Assembly (NCBI GenBank): GCA_046484425.1
Contig: JAWOIY010000023.1
Location: 27,771-91,770, forward strand
DNA length: 64,000 nt
Direction: 5' to 3'
Origin: Desulfobacterales bacterium
GTDB taxonomy: Bacteria; Desulfobacterota; Desulfobacteria; Desulfobacterales; UBA11574
This document shows positions 23,222 to 32,618 of this stretch, piece after piece. The translations under genes and the position numbers were made by a program. Position 1 is the stretch's first letter. Each line of letters starts with the position of its first letter. The notes below the pieces were generated by a model that was given only the letters and a program-made list of their open reading frames with translations, was not told the DNA's origin and did not search any database.

Positions 23222-24154
23222 TCAATCTGACGCCTTAACGGCGAGCGTATCACCACCTCCCTTCTTTACAAAACCTACACGGACCGGTAGGCCGCTTTTT
23301 TTCTTAAGCGTATCTTGAACCATTGAAATCGAAACGCTGCTCAAAACACCCAGTTCATGTAATCGACGCAGGGCCTGTTTTTGCATATCGGGTATTTTGT
23401 TGTAAATATCCGGGTGAACCTCCATGAAAATGCTTTGATCCCGGATTCCTATCTTTACAGGTTCATAAACGATTTCAACAGGCGTGCTTACCGTTATCTG
23501 TTCAAAAAGCAGGGCAATATGTTCCGGATACAGGCGGATGCATCCATGGCTGACCAGTTTCCCAACACCCCAGGGAGAATTTGTTCCGTGAATACCATAT
23601 CCGTCAAGGGATAGTCCGAGCCAGTATTTTCCTAACGGATTATTCGGTCCGGGAGGCACCGTGGTGACCCCATATTTGGCCCTCAGAGATTCAGGAACCG
23701 ACCAGGTGGGATCCGCCTGGCGATTAATGACGTGACTCACGGCAACAGGGGTCTCCCAGCCGATATCGCCAATTCCCACCGGATAGGTGGTAACCATTCC
23801 GATTTTCGGATTAAAATGATAGAGTCTTAATTCCGGCAGATTAATAACCAGCCCGTGCAATTTAGTGGACGGCAAAACCCATTGGGACGGTATGACAAGT
23901 TTTTGACCGGGATTGAGTATCCATGGGTCCATCTTCGGGTAAAGAAGTGAAAGTTCATTATATCCGAGACCGAAATTTCGCGAAATGTCCGAAAGGGTTT
24001 CTTTGGGCGAGACTATGTGATGCTGAATGGCTCCCACTACCGCCTTGTCCTTATCATAGCTGAAACTGCCGGCCATTGCTTTTGGGGTGCCGATGGATAA
24101 TGAAATGATCAGCATAAAACAGGCGATTTTTTTGATATGAACGGATTTGATCAT
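23222..24154 (-). CDS. L,D-transpeptidase (LysM + YkuD; ErfK/YbiS/YcfS family)
   Basis: INLPELRLY, YPVGIG, PPGPNNPLG, catalytic YGIHGTN...SHGCIRL. Confidence 0.93.
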   Translation of the reverse strand: MIKSVHIKKIACFMLIISLSIGTPKAMAGSFSYDKDKAVVGAIQHHIVSPKETLSDISRNFGLGYNELSLLYPKMDPWILNPGQKLVIPSQWVLPSTKLHGLVINLPELRLYHFNPKIGMVTTYPVGIGDIGWETPVAVSHVINRQADPTWSVPESLRAKYGVTTVPPGPNNPLGKYWLGLSLDGYGIHGTNSPWGVGKLVSHGCIRLYPEHIALLFEQITVSTPVEIVYEPVKIGIRDQSIFMEVHPDIYNKIPDMQKQALRRLHELGVLSSVSISMVQDTLKKKSGLPVRVGFVKKGGGDTLAVKASD

Positions 24155-24299
24155 TGACGCTATGCTTTTTGGTGTTTCAAGTATACGTTACACCCTTCGA
24201 GGGAAAATGCCCGAGAGGACAAAAATAAATTACTTATTCTTTTGATCAAATAGCACAAGTTACAAAGAAAGGCAAATGTTCAAAGGGTTCACAGGTCGA

Positions 24300-27200
24300 C
24301 TATTGCCCAGACAAATCGTTTTTGGAGGGTGTTGCATGTCCATGCGCGAACTCCCACCGTTTGTCTAAAAAGTAAAGAATCGGAACCGTCATCCTTGAAA
24401 AAAAGAGTGAAGCAACTTCTCCGGCCATAAGGGAAATGGCAAGACCCTGAAAAATGGGATCGAACAAAATGACCGAGGCACCGACCACTACGGCGGCGGC
24501 GGTCAACATCATGGGGCGAAAGCGCACGGCGCCGGCGTCAATGACGGCAAGATCCAACGGCATGCCTTCTTTTAGGCGCAATTCTATAAAATCCACCAAA
24601 ATGATGGAGTTTCTCACAACAATTCCGGCACCGGCAATAAAGCCGATCATGGAAGTCGCAGTAAAAAAAGCGCCAAGGGCCCAATGCGCAGGCAGGATGC
24701 CGATCAGAGAAAAAGGGATGGCGGCCATAATGACCAGTGGTGTTGTAAAAGATTGGAACCATCCCACCACCAGTACAAATATCAGTACCAGGACCACGGC
24801 AAATGCAATGCCAAGATCCCGGAAGACTTCGTAAGTGATGTGCCATTCACCGTCCCATTTCATTTCGTATTTTCGGTCGCTGGAAGGAATGCCGGCTGTA
24901 TGCTGGACGATTTGGTATCCTTCAGGGAGTTGAATGGTTTTGATCCTGTTTCTCATCTCTAAAATTGCATACACCGGGCTCTCCTTAACTCCGGCCACAT
25001 CCCCGACAACATATACCACCGGCATTAGATTTTTATGATAAATACTCTGATCCACAGGGGTTTTAATGACGTTGATCAGTGTAGAAAGCGGAACCAGACC
25101 ACCATCTGCCGAGGCAAGTTTCAGCATTTTAAGACGCTGAATTCCGGCACGGGCGGACAGGGGAAGCCGCATCAGTATCGGCACATCTTCCTTTTCCCTG
25201 GGCTGATGAAGGAGACCTGACTGCTGTCCTTTAAGTGCGATCTCGAGGGTACGGTTAATCCGAGCCACGCTGATCCCATGGAGAGCGGCTTTCTCCCGGT
25301 CAACCTCAATCTTATAGCGGGGCTGGGTTTCTTCCATGTACCAGTCCACATCGACCACACCGGGTGTTTTTTCAAAAATTTCCATAATGTCGGCGGCGAG
25401 TTGTTTTTGACGTTGGTAATCGGGACCGTAAATTTCAGCCACCAGCGTGGATAAAACCGGAGGACCCGGCGGGACTTCAGCCACCTTAAGCCTTGCATGA
25501 TAGCGGTCGGCTATGGATTTTAACGCCGGACGGACGCGTTTGGCGATATCATGACTCTGCGTTTTTCGATGTCCTTTCTCTACCAGATTCACCTGAATGT
25601 CTGCCTGGTGAGCACTGCTTCGCAGATAATAATGGCGCACCAGGCCGTTAAAATTGAAAGGGGCGGAAGTTCCCACGTAGAGCTGGTAGTCCGTGACTTC
25701 ATTAACGGTTTTGAGATAATCCCCCATTTCCATAACAGCGGTCGATGTTTTTTCCAGCGTGGCGGTCTCCGGCATATCGAGAATAACCTGAAATTCACTT
25801 TTGTTGTCAAAGGGGAGCATTTTAACCCGAACCCACCCGATTCCTACCATGGCACATGAGACAATGAGAAGGGCAACAACACCGATCAGAAAAATCCATC
25901 GCCAGAATCGATTTTCTATCAGAGGGGTCATTATTTTACGATAAAGGCGTGTGCTCCAGTCTTCTTTCCCGTGTTCACCGGCTTCCGCTGTTGTTTTGTG
26001 CTTTATCAATCGCATCGAGGCCCATGGAGTAACAATAAAAGCGACAATCAGTGAAAAAATCATAGCGGCGGATGCTCCCACCGGAATGGGTCTCATGTAT
26101 GGCCCCATGAGACCGCCGACGAATGCCATTGGAAGAATGGCGCTCATGACGGCTAATGTTGCTAAAATAGTGGGATTACCGACTTCGTCCACTGCTTCGA
26201 TCGCTACGGTGACCCTGGAACGGTCCCGATTTTCCGGAAGCCGGAAGTGACGAACGATATTCTCCACGATCACAATGGCGTCATCCACAAGGATTCCGAT
26301 GGAGAATATCAGTGCAAAAAGAGTGATCCGGTTCAAGGTATATCCGTAAAGATAAAAAACGGCCATGGTCAGAGCGAGTGTCACGGGAATGGCAATGGCA
26401 ACGACGCCGGATTCACGGTGGCCCAGGACAAACCATATTAGAATTATGACGGAAACAATGGCGATTATCATGTGAAAGAGCAATTCATTCGATTTTTCTT
26501 TGGCGGTGTCCCCATAGTTTCGGGTGACGGAGATATGAATATTGTCAGGGATGACGCTGCCTGTTGCGCGGTGAATTCGTTCAAGCACGCGATGGGATAC
26601 GGCGACGGCATTGGCCCCTTTTCGTTTGGAAACGGTGAGGGTGACGGCAGGGAAAACCCCTTTTGGGGACATATGGCCGGCGGTGTTTTTTTCTACAGCG
26701 GCCGGACCGGTTCCAAAAAAAACATACTGATTCGGCTCTTCCGGGCCGTCAATGACGTCTGCAACATCCCGGAGATAAATGGGTTTACCGTCGTGCACAC
26801 CGGCTACTACACTTTTGACATCCTCTACCGTTTTTAAAAAACCGCCCGTGTGAACCAAGACTTGGCCTTTGACGGAGGGATAGGTGCCGGTTTCGGATTC
26901 CTGGTTTGCAGCGGTGACGGACATGGCAACCCCTTCAAGGTCGAGGCCGTAAGCCGCCAGCCGCACCGGATCAAAACGAACCTGAACCTGTCGCCGTTCG
27001 CCGCCGATAAGGGTCGTCATGGCAACATTGTTTTCGCGTTTGACAATATTTTCGACTTCTGCTGCCACACGTCGCAATGTGTAATGATCGAATCCTTCAC
27101 CCCAGAATGTCAGCGAAAGAATCGGAACGTCGTCAATATATCGCGGTTTAATGAGCGGCGGTGAAACAGACCAGGGAATGAGATCGTAGTTTGCCATGAG

Positions 27201-27554
27201 CTTCGACTGGAGGCGAACGATGGATTTTTCCTCGTCCTGTCCCACGTAAAAGCGGACGATCGCCATGGACATGCCCGGGCTGGATGTTGAATATACATAT
27301 TCTACGCCCGGAATTTCCCATAACAGCTTTTCCATGGGGCTTGTAACCCGCATTTCGACCTCTTTAGCACTGGCGCCGGGCATTTTTACAAAGATATCGA
27401 TCATGGGAACGATGATCTGGGGTTCTTCTTCCCTGGGAAGCGCGATGACCGAAGCGATACCCAGCAAAATGGCTGCGATAATAAACAAGGGGGTCAGCTT
27501 TGAATCGATAAAAAACTGTGCAATTTTTCCGGCGGCACCTGTTTTTTGCGTCAT
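24300..27554 (-). CDS. RND efflux permease (AcrB/AcrD/AcrF family)
   Basis: 1084 aa; [35 protein letters not shown]. Confidence 0.95.
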   Translation of the reverse strand: MTQKTGAAGKIAQFFIDSKLTPLFIIAAILLGIASVIALPREEEPQIIVPMIDIFVKMPGASAKEVEMRVTSPMEKLLWEIPGVEYVYSTSSPGMSMAIVRFYVGQDEEKSIVRLQSKLMANYDLIPWSVSPPLIKPRYIDDVPILSLTFWGEGFDHYTLRRVAAEVENIVKRENNVAMTTLIGGERRQVQVRFDPVRLAAYGLDLEGVAMSVTAANQESETGTYPSVKGQVLVHTGGFLKTVEDVKSVVAGVHDGKPIYLRDVADVIDGPEEPNQYVFFGTGPAAVEKNTAGHMSPKGVFPAVTLTVSKRKGANAVAVSHRVLERIHRATGSVIPDNIHISVTRNYGDTAKEKSNELLFHMIIAIVSVIILIWFVLGHRESGVVAIAIPVTLALTMAVFYLYGYTLNRITLFALIFSIGILVDDAIVIVENIVRHFRLPENRDRSRVTVAIEAVDEVGNPTILATLAVMSAILPMAFVGGLMGPYMRPIPVGASAAMIFSLIVAFIVTPWASMRLIKHKTTAEAGEHGKEDWSTRLYRKIMTPLIENRFWRWIFLIGVVALLIVSCAMVGIGWVRVKMLPFDNKSEFQVILDMPETATLEKTSTAVMEMGDYLKTVNEVTDYQLYVGTSAPFNFNGLVRHYYLRSSAHQADIQVNLVEKGHRKTQSHDIAKRVRPALKSIADRYHARLKVAEVPPGPPVLSTLVAEIYGPDYQRQKQLAADIMEIFEKTPGVVDVDWYMEETQPRYKIEVDREKAALHGISVARINRTLEIALKGQQSGLLHQPREKEDVPILMRLPLSARAGIQRLKMLKLASADGGLVPLSTLINVIKTPVDQSIYHKNLMPVVYVVGDVAGVKESPVYAILEMRNRIKTIQLPEGYQIVQHTAGIPSSDRKYEMKWDGEWHITYEVFRDLGIAFAVVLVLIFVLVVGWFQSFTTPLVIMAAIPFSLIGILPAHWALGAFFTATSMIGFIAGAGIVVRNSIILVDFIELRLKEGMPLDLAVIDAGAVRFRPMMLTAAAVVVGASVILFDPIFQGLAISLMAGEVASLFFSRMTVPILYFLDKRWEFAHGHATPSKNDLSGQ

Positions 27555-28687
27555 GTGTCCATCTCCACTTTCATGCCGTTGATAAGATTTGGCGGAGGAG
27601 CCGTTACATAGCGATCCCCTTGCTTGAGGCCTGATAAGACTTCTATGGACTTGCCGATTGTTCTGCCGGTTCGAATGAGTCGATATTTGGCGGTATTCGT
27701 ATCATCCACAATATAAATGCCGGTCAGCTGTCCGGAATGTATCACGGCGGTTAAAGGAATTAAAAGGAGGTCGCCTTGGCCCACAGGGATTGAAACCCGT
27801 GCGAACATGCCGGATCGAAGACTTGAGTCAACCGGCAGCTTAACCTTGATAAAAAATGAACGGCTCTTTTCATCCGCGGCTGGAAAAATTTCCTGTATGC
27901 TTCCGACGAACGTTTTATTGTTGAGTGCGCCAACCGTTACCGTTACCTCTTGGTTTAAGCCAACGGTATGGATATACTGTTCAGGGAGCACCATATCAAC
28001 GATATAAGCATCTGTATTTTCAATTGAAAACATGTTTTTGCCTGGTTCGGCAAGGTCTCCTACATCGACCATTTTCTCCCGAATGATTCCGTCATAAGGG
28101 GCCTGTATCACCGTGTCTTTCGAATTTACAACCGCAGATGCAATGGCAGCTTCGGCCTGTTTGACGCGCTGTTTTGCGGCAGCCAGCCCGGCTTGAGCCT
28201 GTTGGTATCGAGATGTGACTTCATCAAACTCCTGGGGACTGGCGGATTCATCTTTCATCAGGTTCTGGTATCGGGTATAGGTAGCCATCGAAAGTCCTGC
28301 GCCTGCGCTGGCAGCAGTTTCGGCTCGCTGGGCCTCGGCCAGCGCAGCTTTTGCTTGATGAAGCATGGCTGTGACCTGTCGATCGTCGATGATGGCAAGG
28401 CGATCCCCCTTTTTCACCCGGTCTCCTTCCCGGACAAAAACCTCTTTTACGGTTCCCATGAGTTTGCTGGAAATCGTGCTGACGGTTTTGGCGCTGACGG
28501 TTCCGACGGATTCGTAAAAGGATGGCTGACGGATAAGTTCAGCAGAGACGACGGTGGCCTTTACACTTTCTTTTTTAGACGCTTTAACATTTCCCGGCTC
28601 TATTTTTTCACCGCATCCTGTCAAAAAAAAGAAAGAAATAAAAATAATATAATAATATCGTCTGTTTCGAGGCATGGTGGTCTCCAT
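27551..28687 (-). CDS. RND periplasmic adaptor (MFP) lipoprotein
   Basis: Lipobox [31 protein letters not shown]. Confidence 0.93.
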   Translation of the reverse strand: METTMPRNRRYYYIIFISFFFLTGCGEKIEPGNVKASKKESVKATVVSAELIRQPSFYESVGTVSAKTVSTISSKLMGTVKEVFVREGDRVKKGDRLAIIDDRQVTAMLHQAKAALAEAQRAETAASAGAGLSMATYTRYQNLMKDESASPQEFDEVTSRYQQAQAGLAAAKQRVKQAEAAIASAVVNSKDTVIQAPYDGIIREKMVDVGDLAEPGKNMFSIENTDAYIVDMVLPEQYIHTVGLNQEVTVTVGALNNKTFVGSIQEIFPAADEKSRSFFIKVKLPVDSSLRSGMFARVSIPVGQGDLLLIPLTAVIHSGQLTGIYIVDDTNTAKYRLIRTGRTIGKSIEVLSGLKQGDRYVTAPPPNLINGMKVEMDT

Positions 28688-28710
28688 GTTGATATGTTAT
28701 TGAAACTATA

Positions 28711-28940
28711 GGTTAAGCGGTTCAGGGTTCAAGGTTCACGGTTCAGCAACACCAACATCCCAACTTAAAAGGATTTATAAAGAATTCAGCAACGCCTATA
28801 AGCTCACTTAATAGATCTCCGGCTCACAGGGTCTGCGCCTCGGAGAGTGATTATTGCAGCTGTCCATAAACAGACCGCAATGAGCTGTAATTGAGTGTCT
28901 TCACAACCTTGAACGTTGAACGAGGAACTCGCAACCGTCA
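28711..28940. repeat. Intergenic element bounded by inverted heptamer arrays (GGTTCAN)n ... (AACNNNN)n
   Basis: GGTTCAG GGTTCAA GGTTCAC GGTTCAG at 28719-28746; degenerate reverse-complement array AACCTTG AACGTTG AACGAGG AACTCGC AACCGTC at 28905-28939. Confidence 0.6.
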
Positions 28941-28943
28941 AGT

Positions 28944-30320
28944 TTACTGAAAATCCGTGTTAATAGTTCCTGCAGCCAGTTCAAGCTCGAGGCGAGCCAC
29001 TTTGTAATCATGAAGCGCCTTGAAATAGTTGGTGTGAGCCTGTTGACGGGCCAGCTCTGCATCAAGAAGGCCGACGATCGTTAACAAGCCGTTATTATAT
29101 CGATTTTTTACAATCCGCAATCCTTCTTCAGCCTGATCCACCGCGACTTTCGCCACCCGAATCCTTTCCCGGGCGCTTTTTGCCTTTAGAAACGCTTCCC
29201 GGGTTTGGACTTTTATTCCCAGTTCCATACTTTTTTGCATTTCCTGAGCCCGGGCCAGCATCGATTTTGCCGCTTTTGTTTCTTCGGAGATGCGGTTTCC
29301 GCTGAAGATGTTGACCCGCACGACGGCCCCAAGAGTATAATTGTCCGCGGAATCACCGAAATCTTCCGAGTTAATTTCGTAATTTCCAATAAGGTTAACG
29401 TCCGGGTAATGACCGGCTCGTGATTTATCGATCTCTTTTTTGGCGATGTCTTCCTCAAGGCGCAACGTGTCCATTTCGGGGCGTTTAGACAGAGCAGTGT
29501 CGATCCACGTGTCCACGGTGCCATGAATCTCAGAACGTATTGTCAAGGGCGTCACCGGGTTTAAGGGGTTGGCTTCACCGAAACCCATGGAAGCGTTCAA
29601 CATCGCTTCATTTATTTTGAACCGACTTTCTGCTAAAAGATGCTGCTGTTCTAAATCTGCGATATGAACCATAGCTCTTAAAAGATCGCTTTTTACCACA
29701 AAACCACTGTTATATCGGGACTGTATCATATTAAGATTGGCATTCGAGGTCTCAAGCGCTTGTTTTGTAACCATGATATTCTTCTGCGCAAGAACAAGCC
29801 CGACATATGCCGCTGCAGTTCGTGCAATCACGTTTTGTCGGGTCCGCTCGAGGGTTAATGTTGCAATGGACAAATTCTGTTTGGCCTGTTCCCAGCCGAT
29901 TTTAGTTCGGCCGCCTTCATAAATAGACCATGACAAAAGGAAAGTTGACGCGAAATTGTCAATGGCATCCGGATCGTTCAATCTTTCGGGATCGAAGTCC
30001 GATTGCGTAATAGACGCTTGATTCAATTTGGTTCCGAAGGACCACATTGGATTGGTGGTTCGGTTGAACGATTGCATAAAATTCAGCTGGGGGTAGAAAC
30101 CGGACTGGGCTTTGACCGCGTTGGATTTTACAGCATCCATCTGAAATTGTGCGGCTTTTATTTCCGGATTCTGTTTAACAGCGATTTGAATCGCTTCGGT
30201 CATGGATAACGGTTCCGGTAATGCGGTATTTTGATCGTCGGCAGCGCCGAGACATAAAGGAAAGAAAAAAGATACGGCGATAAATAACAAAAAATAGAGA
30301 TGCATACGAATGGTTTTCAT
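28944..30320 (-). CDS. TolC-family outer membrane factor
   Basis: Signal peptide, AVKQNPEI, two OEP repeats, RYNNGL...LLDAE. Confidence 0.92.
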   Translation of the reverse strand: MKTIRMHLYFLLFIAVSFFFPLCLGAADDQNTALPEPLSMTEAIQIAVKQNPEIKAAQFQMDAVKSNAVKAQSGFYPQLNFMQSFNRTTNPMWSFGTKLNQASITQSDFDPERLNDPDAIDNFASTFLLSWSIYEGGRTKIGWEQAKQNLSIATLTLERTRQNVIARTAAAYVGLVLAQKNIMVTKQALETSNANLNMIQSRYNSGFVVKSDLLRAMVHIADLEQQHLLAESRFKINEAMLNASMGFGEANPLNPVTPLTIRSEIHGTVDTWIDTALSKRPEMDTLRLEEDIAKKEIDKSRAGHYPDVNLIGNYEINSEDFGDSADNYTLGAVVRVNIFSGNRISEETKAAKSMLARAQEMQKSMELGIKVQTREAFLKAKSARERIRVAKVAVDQAEEGLRIVKNRYNNGLLTIVGLLDAELARQQAHTNYFKALHDYKVARLELELAAGTINTDFQ

Positions 30321-30626
30321 AGGACGTCTCCGGAATTTGGGTGTTATTTTGCGTAAGTGCTGAATGGAATATCAAGGAATTTTTGTTCGTAATTTTAGCC
30401 GCTCGCAACATCACTCCTGTCCGGATTCTGTAAATCCGTTTGAAATGTCCGTTAAGCCTGCAAGAGATGCCTTGTTATTTAAAAAATTATAGGGAGTTAA
30501 TAAATTTTTTGAAATGAAGGATACTGAATTTGAAACCTTTTTCAGTATATACCTCGTTACTTTTAAAAATCAAGGTTTTGTAAAAAGAGATAGGGGCCCA
30601 TATTCTTTGAGAAGGTGTTTAAGGTT

Positions 30627-30654
30627 TTGACAAACCAGTTTTCAAGGGTATAAT
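30627..30654 (+). promoter_or_regulatory. Consensus sigma70 promoter
   Basis: TTGACA-N16-TATAAT, upstream of the pseudogene at 30844. Confidence 0.65.
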
Positions 30655-30843
30655 CTTAATTAACAGGGGAGATTTGTACAGGTTTCTGTGCGATGGCTCG
30701 TCCCAAGGTGGTTCAGAGGACACCCGTAAAACGAATTATAATTTTCACGACTCACCGGTGAGGTTACATTCGGCTTTAAGCATACGAGACTCGGACGTGT
30801 AGACCATCCCTTTTCAGGGTTAAGTCCAAAAAAGGAGGATAGC

Positions 30844-30962
30844 ATGTCTGCTATTGATGAAGTACTGGAGGCCAACCGCCATTATGCAGCGCAGTTCCAT
30901 CAGACGGGGGTTGCCCGCCCACCGTAGCGTAAGCTTGTTGTGGTGTCCTGCGGGGACCCGGC
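30844..30962 (+). pseudogene. Beta-carbonic anhydrase N-terminal fragment with in-frame TAG
   Basis: AAGGAGG RBS, then MSAIDEVLEANRHYAAQFHQTGVARPP*RKLVVVSCGDP. This matches the clade-D beta-CA N-terminus up to the first zinc ligand CxD. TAG at 30925-30927. Confidence 0.7.
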
Positions 30963-31189
30963 TTCACACTCACAGCCATCCGGTGATCAATTCCGGCGTA
31001 CTGATAAGCGGACAACTCACGGTGGTGACTGCAGACGGGAGAACGCTGCATCTGAAAGCGGGAGAGCCTATCGTCGAGATAGTGAACACATTGCACTATG
31101 GCATTAATGAAGGAACGGTTCCTGCGGAAATTATCGTCTTTTGTGACGGTGCTGTTGAAATGCCGATCACCGTAGTCGAACCGAAATGA
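30946..31189 (+). pseudogene. Cupin-domain protein C-terminal fragment
   Basis: PAGTRLHTHSHPVINSGVLISGQLTV...LKAGEPIVEIVNTLHYGINEG; no own start, and in a different frame from the beta-CA fragment. Confidence 0.7.
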
Positions 31190-31196
31190 GAGGGTG

Positions 31197-31244
31197 CCGA
31201 TACGCTCGGGCTCTTTCTGCAGGATCTTTCTCGGCAAAGGCTTC
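31197..31244 (-). pseudogene. Short remnant of a GSU2403-family paralogue
   Basis: Encodes KPLPRKILQKEPERIG versus KPLPKKILQKEPVRIG in the intact gene at about 42818-42864. Confidence 0.7.
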
Positions 31245-31247
31245 ACC

Positions 31248-31305
31248 ATTAAATTATTCGTTGATATGAATCTATCCCCGAAATGGGTGGATTTTATCAA
31301 GCAAA
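31248..31305 (+). pseudogene. DUF5615 PIN-like toxin N-terminal fragment
   Basis: (I)KLFVDMNLSPKWVDFI resembles the DUF5615 N-terminus MKLLxDMNLSPxWVxxL; the start codon is lost and the sequence diverges afterwards. Confidence 0.55.
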
Positions 31306-31520
31306 CGAGATTGGGTGCTATAAAAAATGAAAGGTGTTGCCCAGAATTCTGTGCATTTATACCTTTTCTCGTTGTAAGTCAGCTCTCCCAATACCGCACT
31401 TTTCATTTCTTAATCCAGCCAAGTATAATCAGAATATATTTAATAAATTTAGGAATATATAATAAAACCAAATGTGACTTATTGGTTTTATTCGGTGTAA
31501 ATTTAAAAATTGTCCGGTTT

Positions 31521-31535
31521 TGGCATGAAATTTGG
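31521..31535 (+). promoter_or_regulatory. Imperfect sigma54-like promoter
   Basis: TGGCATGAAATTTGG: the -24 GG is conserved, but the -12 GC is replaced by GG. Confidence 0.3.
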
Positions 31536-31634
31536 TTACTAAATCGAACACGATTAAAAGAGAGACAATCCTGAAGGGGATTGGGATCTAATGTCGCATA
31601 AACAATTTAAATTTTCAGCCGCAACTATCAAAAG

Positions 31635-31759
31635 GTATGTGTTCAGGGGGCAGTTGTTTTCCCGTAACGTTATTGGCGGAGTCACTGGTATTTTCAGTGA
31701 GTTAGCAGTGACGGAGACACCGAAGTGAAGGGAAAATGACTGCCCCCCTGAATAGTTAC
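31635..31759. mobile_element. 125-bp MITE with ~29-bp terminal inverted repeats and an 8-bp target-site duplication
   Basis: Left end GTATGTGTTCAGGGGGCAGTTGTTTTCCC; right end GGGAAAATGACTGCCCCCCTGAATAGTTAC; ATCAAAAG duplicated at 31627-31634 and 31760-31767. Confidence 0.85.
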
Positions 31760-31780
31760 ATCAAAAGATGAGGAATAAGC

Positions 31781-32479
31781 ATGTTGAAAAACAACCATAC
31801 TTTCCATATCATTACAGACGACCGCGAGCAAAAAAGCGAAGTGATAAAATTCCTTGCAGGCATTGAAAATGTGAATGTCGAGATTCGACGGCTGTCCATC
31901 GGCGATTATCAGGTAGATAACCGGGTGATTGTTGAAAGAAAGACGTTAAGAGACTTTGCCATATCGATTATCGATGGGCGTTTGTTCAAGCAAACGATTC
32001 GCCTGGCCAATTCCAATCTAATGGGGGTGTTGATTATAGAAGGCACCAACAGGGATACTGCCGACCTTGGTATAACCAGAGAGGCCATGCAAGGGGCGCT
32101 GATCACCGTTTCAATGCTACTGGGGATACCGGTTCTCCGGGCAATCGATGCTGCTGAGACCGCAAAACTCTTGGTCTTCATGGCGCGCCAGATCAATCAT
32201 CTGGCGAATGACGGCATTCAGCGGCATGGTTATCGACCGAAAAATAAACGGAAACGGCAGTTGTTTATCCTGCAGGGTTTACCGGGGATCGGATATGAAA
32301 GGGCTGTTCGGCTTCTGGACACATTCGGCAGTGTGGAAAGGGTTATTTCCGCAAGCAGTGAGAAATTGCAGGTCATAGAAGGCATTGGCAAAAAGATTGC
32401 CGACAAAATCAGATGGGTGGTCGGCGAACAGATTATACACAATGATAATAGTGAAGTGTTTTTTGAAGAATTGCAATAG
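31781..32479 (+). CDS. ERCC4/XPF-domain nuclease with C-terminal (HhH)2
   Basis: DDREQ, GDY, ERKTLRDF...DGRLFKQ, IIEG; HhH motifs LPGIG and IEGIG. Confidence 0.9.
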   Translation: MLKNNHTFHIITDDREQKSEVIKFLAGIENVNVEIRRLSIGDYQVDNRVIVERKTLRDFAISIIDGRLFKQTIRLANSNLMGVLIIEGTNRDTADLGITREAMQGALITVSMLLGIPVLRAIDAAETAKLLVFMARQINHLANDGIQRHGYRPKNKRKRQLFILQGLPGIGYERAVRLLDTFGSVERVISASSEKLQVIEGIGKKIADKIRWVVGEQIIHNDNSEVFFEELQ

Positions 32480-32618
32480 AGCCCTAAGGTAAGAATAATA
32501 TGGCTGTATTCCATGCATCGATATCATTTTGCGGGAACAGAACGAAAAAGATATTCGCTTGATGCGTAAAACGCACCCTGCTTTAAAGCGAATGATGAAC
32601 TGCGGGGAATCTCGAAAC

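Noticed and set aside
28719-28746. Heptamer array as CRISPR or phase-variation repeat
   Set aside because: There are no spacers, the units are imperfect, and an inverted partner array points to an element end instead.
30685-30760. GCGATGG... as a possible fluoride riboswitch
   Set aside because: It lacks the complementary pseudoknot and the downstream conserved segment of that riboswitch.
30925-30927. In-frame TAG in the beta-CA fragment as possible pyrrolysine or readthrough
   Set aside because: Similarity to carbonic anhydrase ends about 11 codons later, so readthrough would not restore a protein; no pyl genes are in the window.
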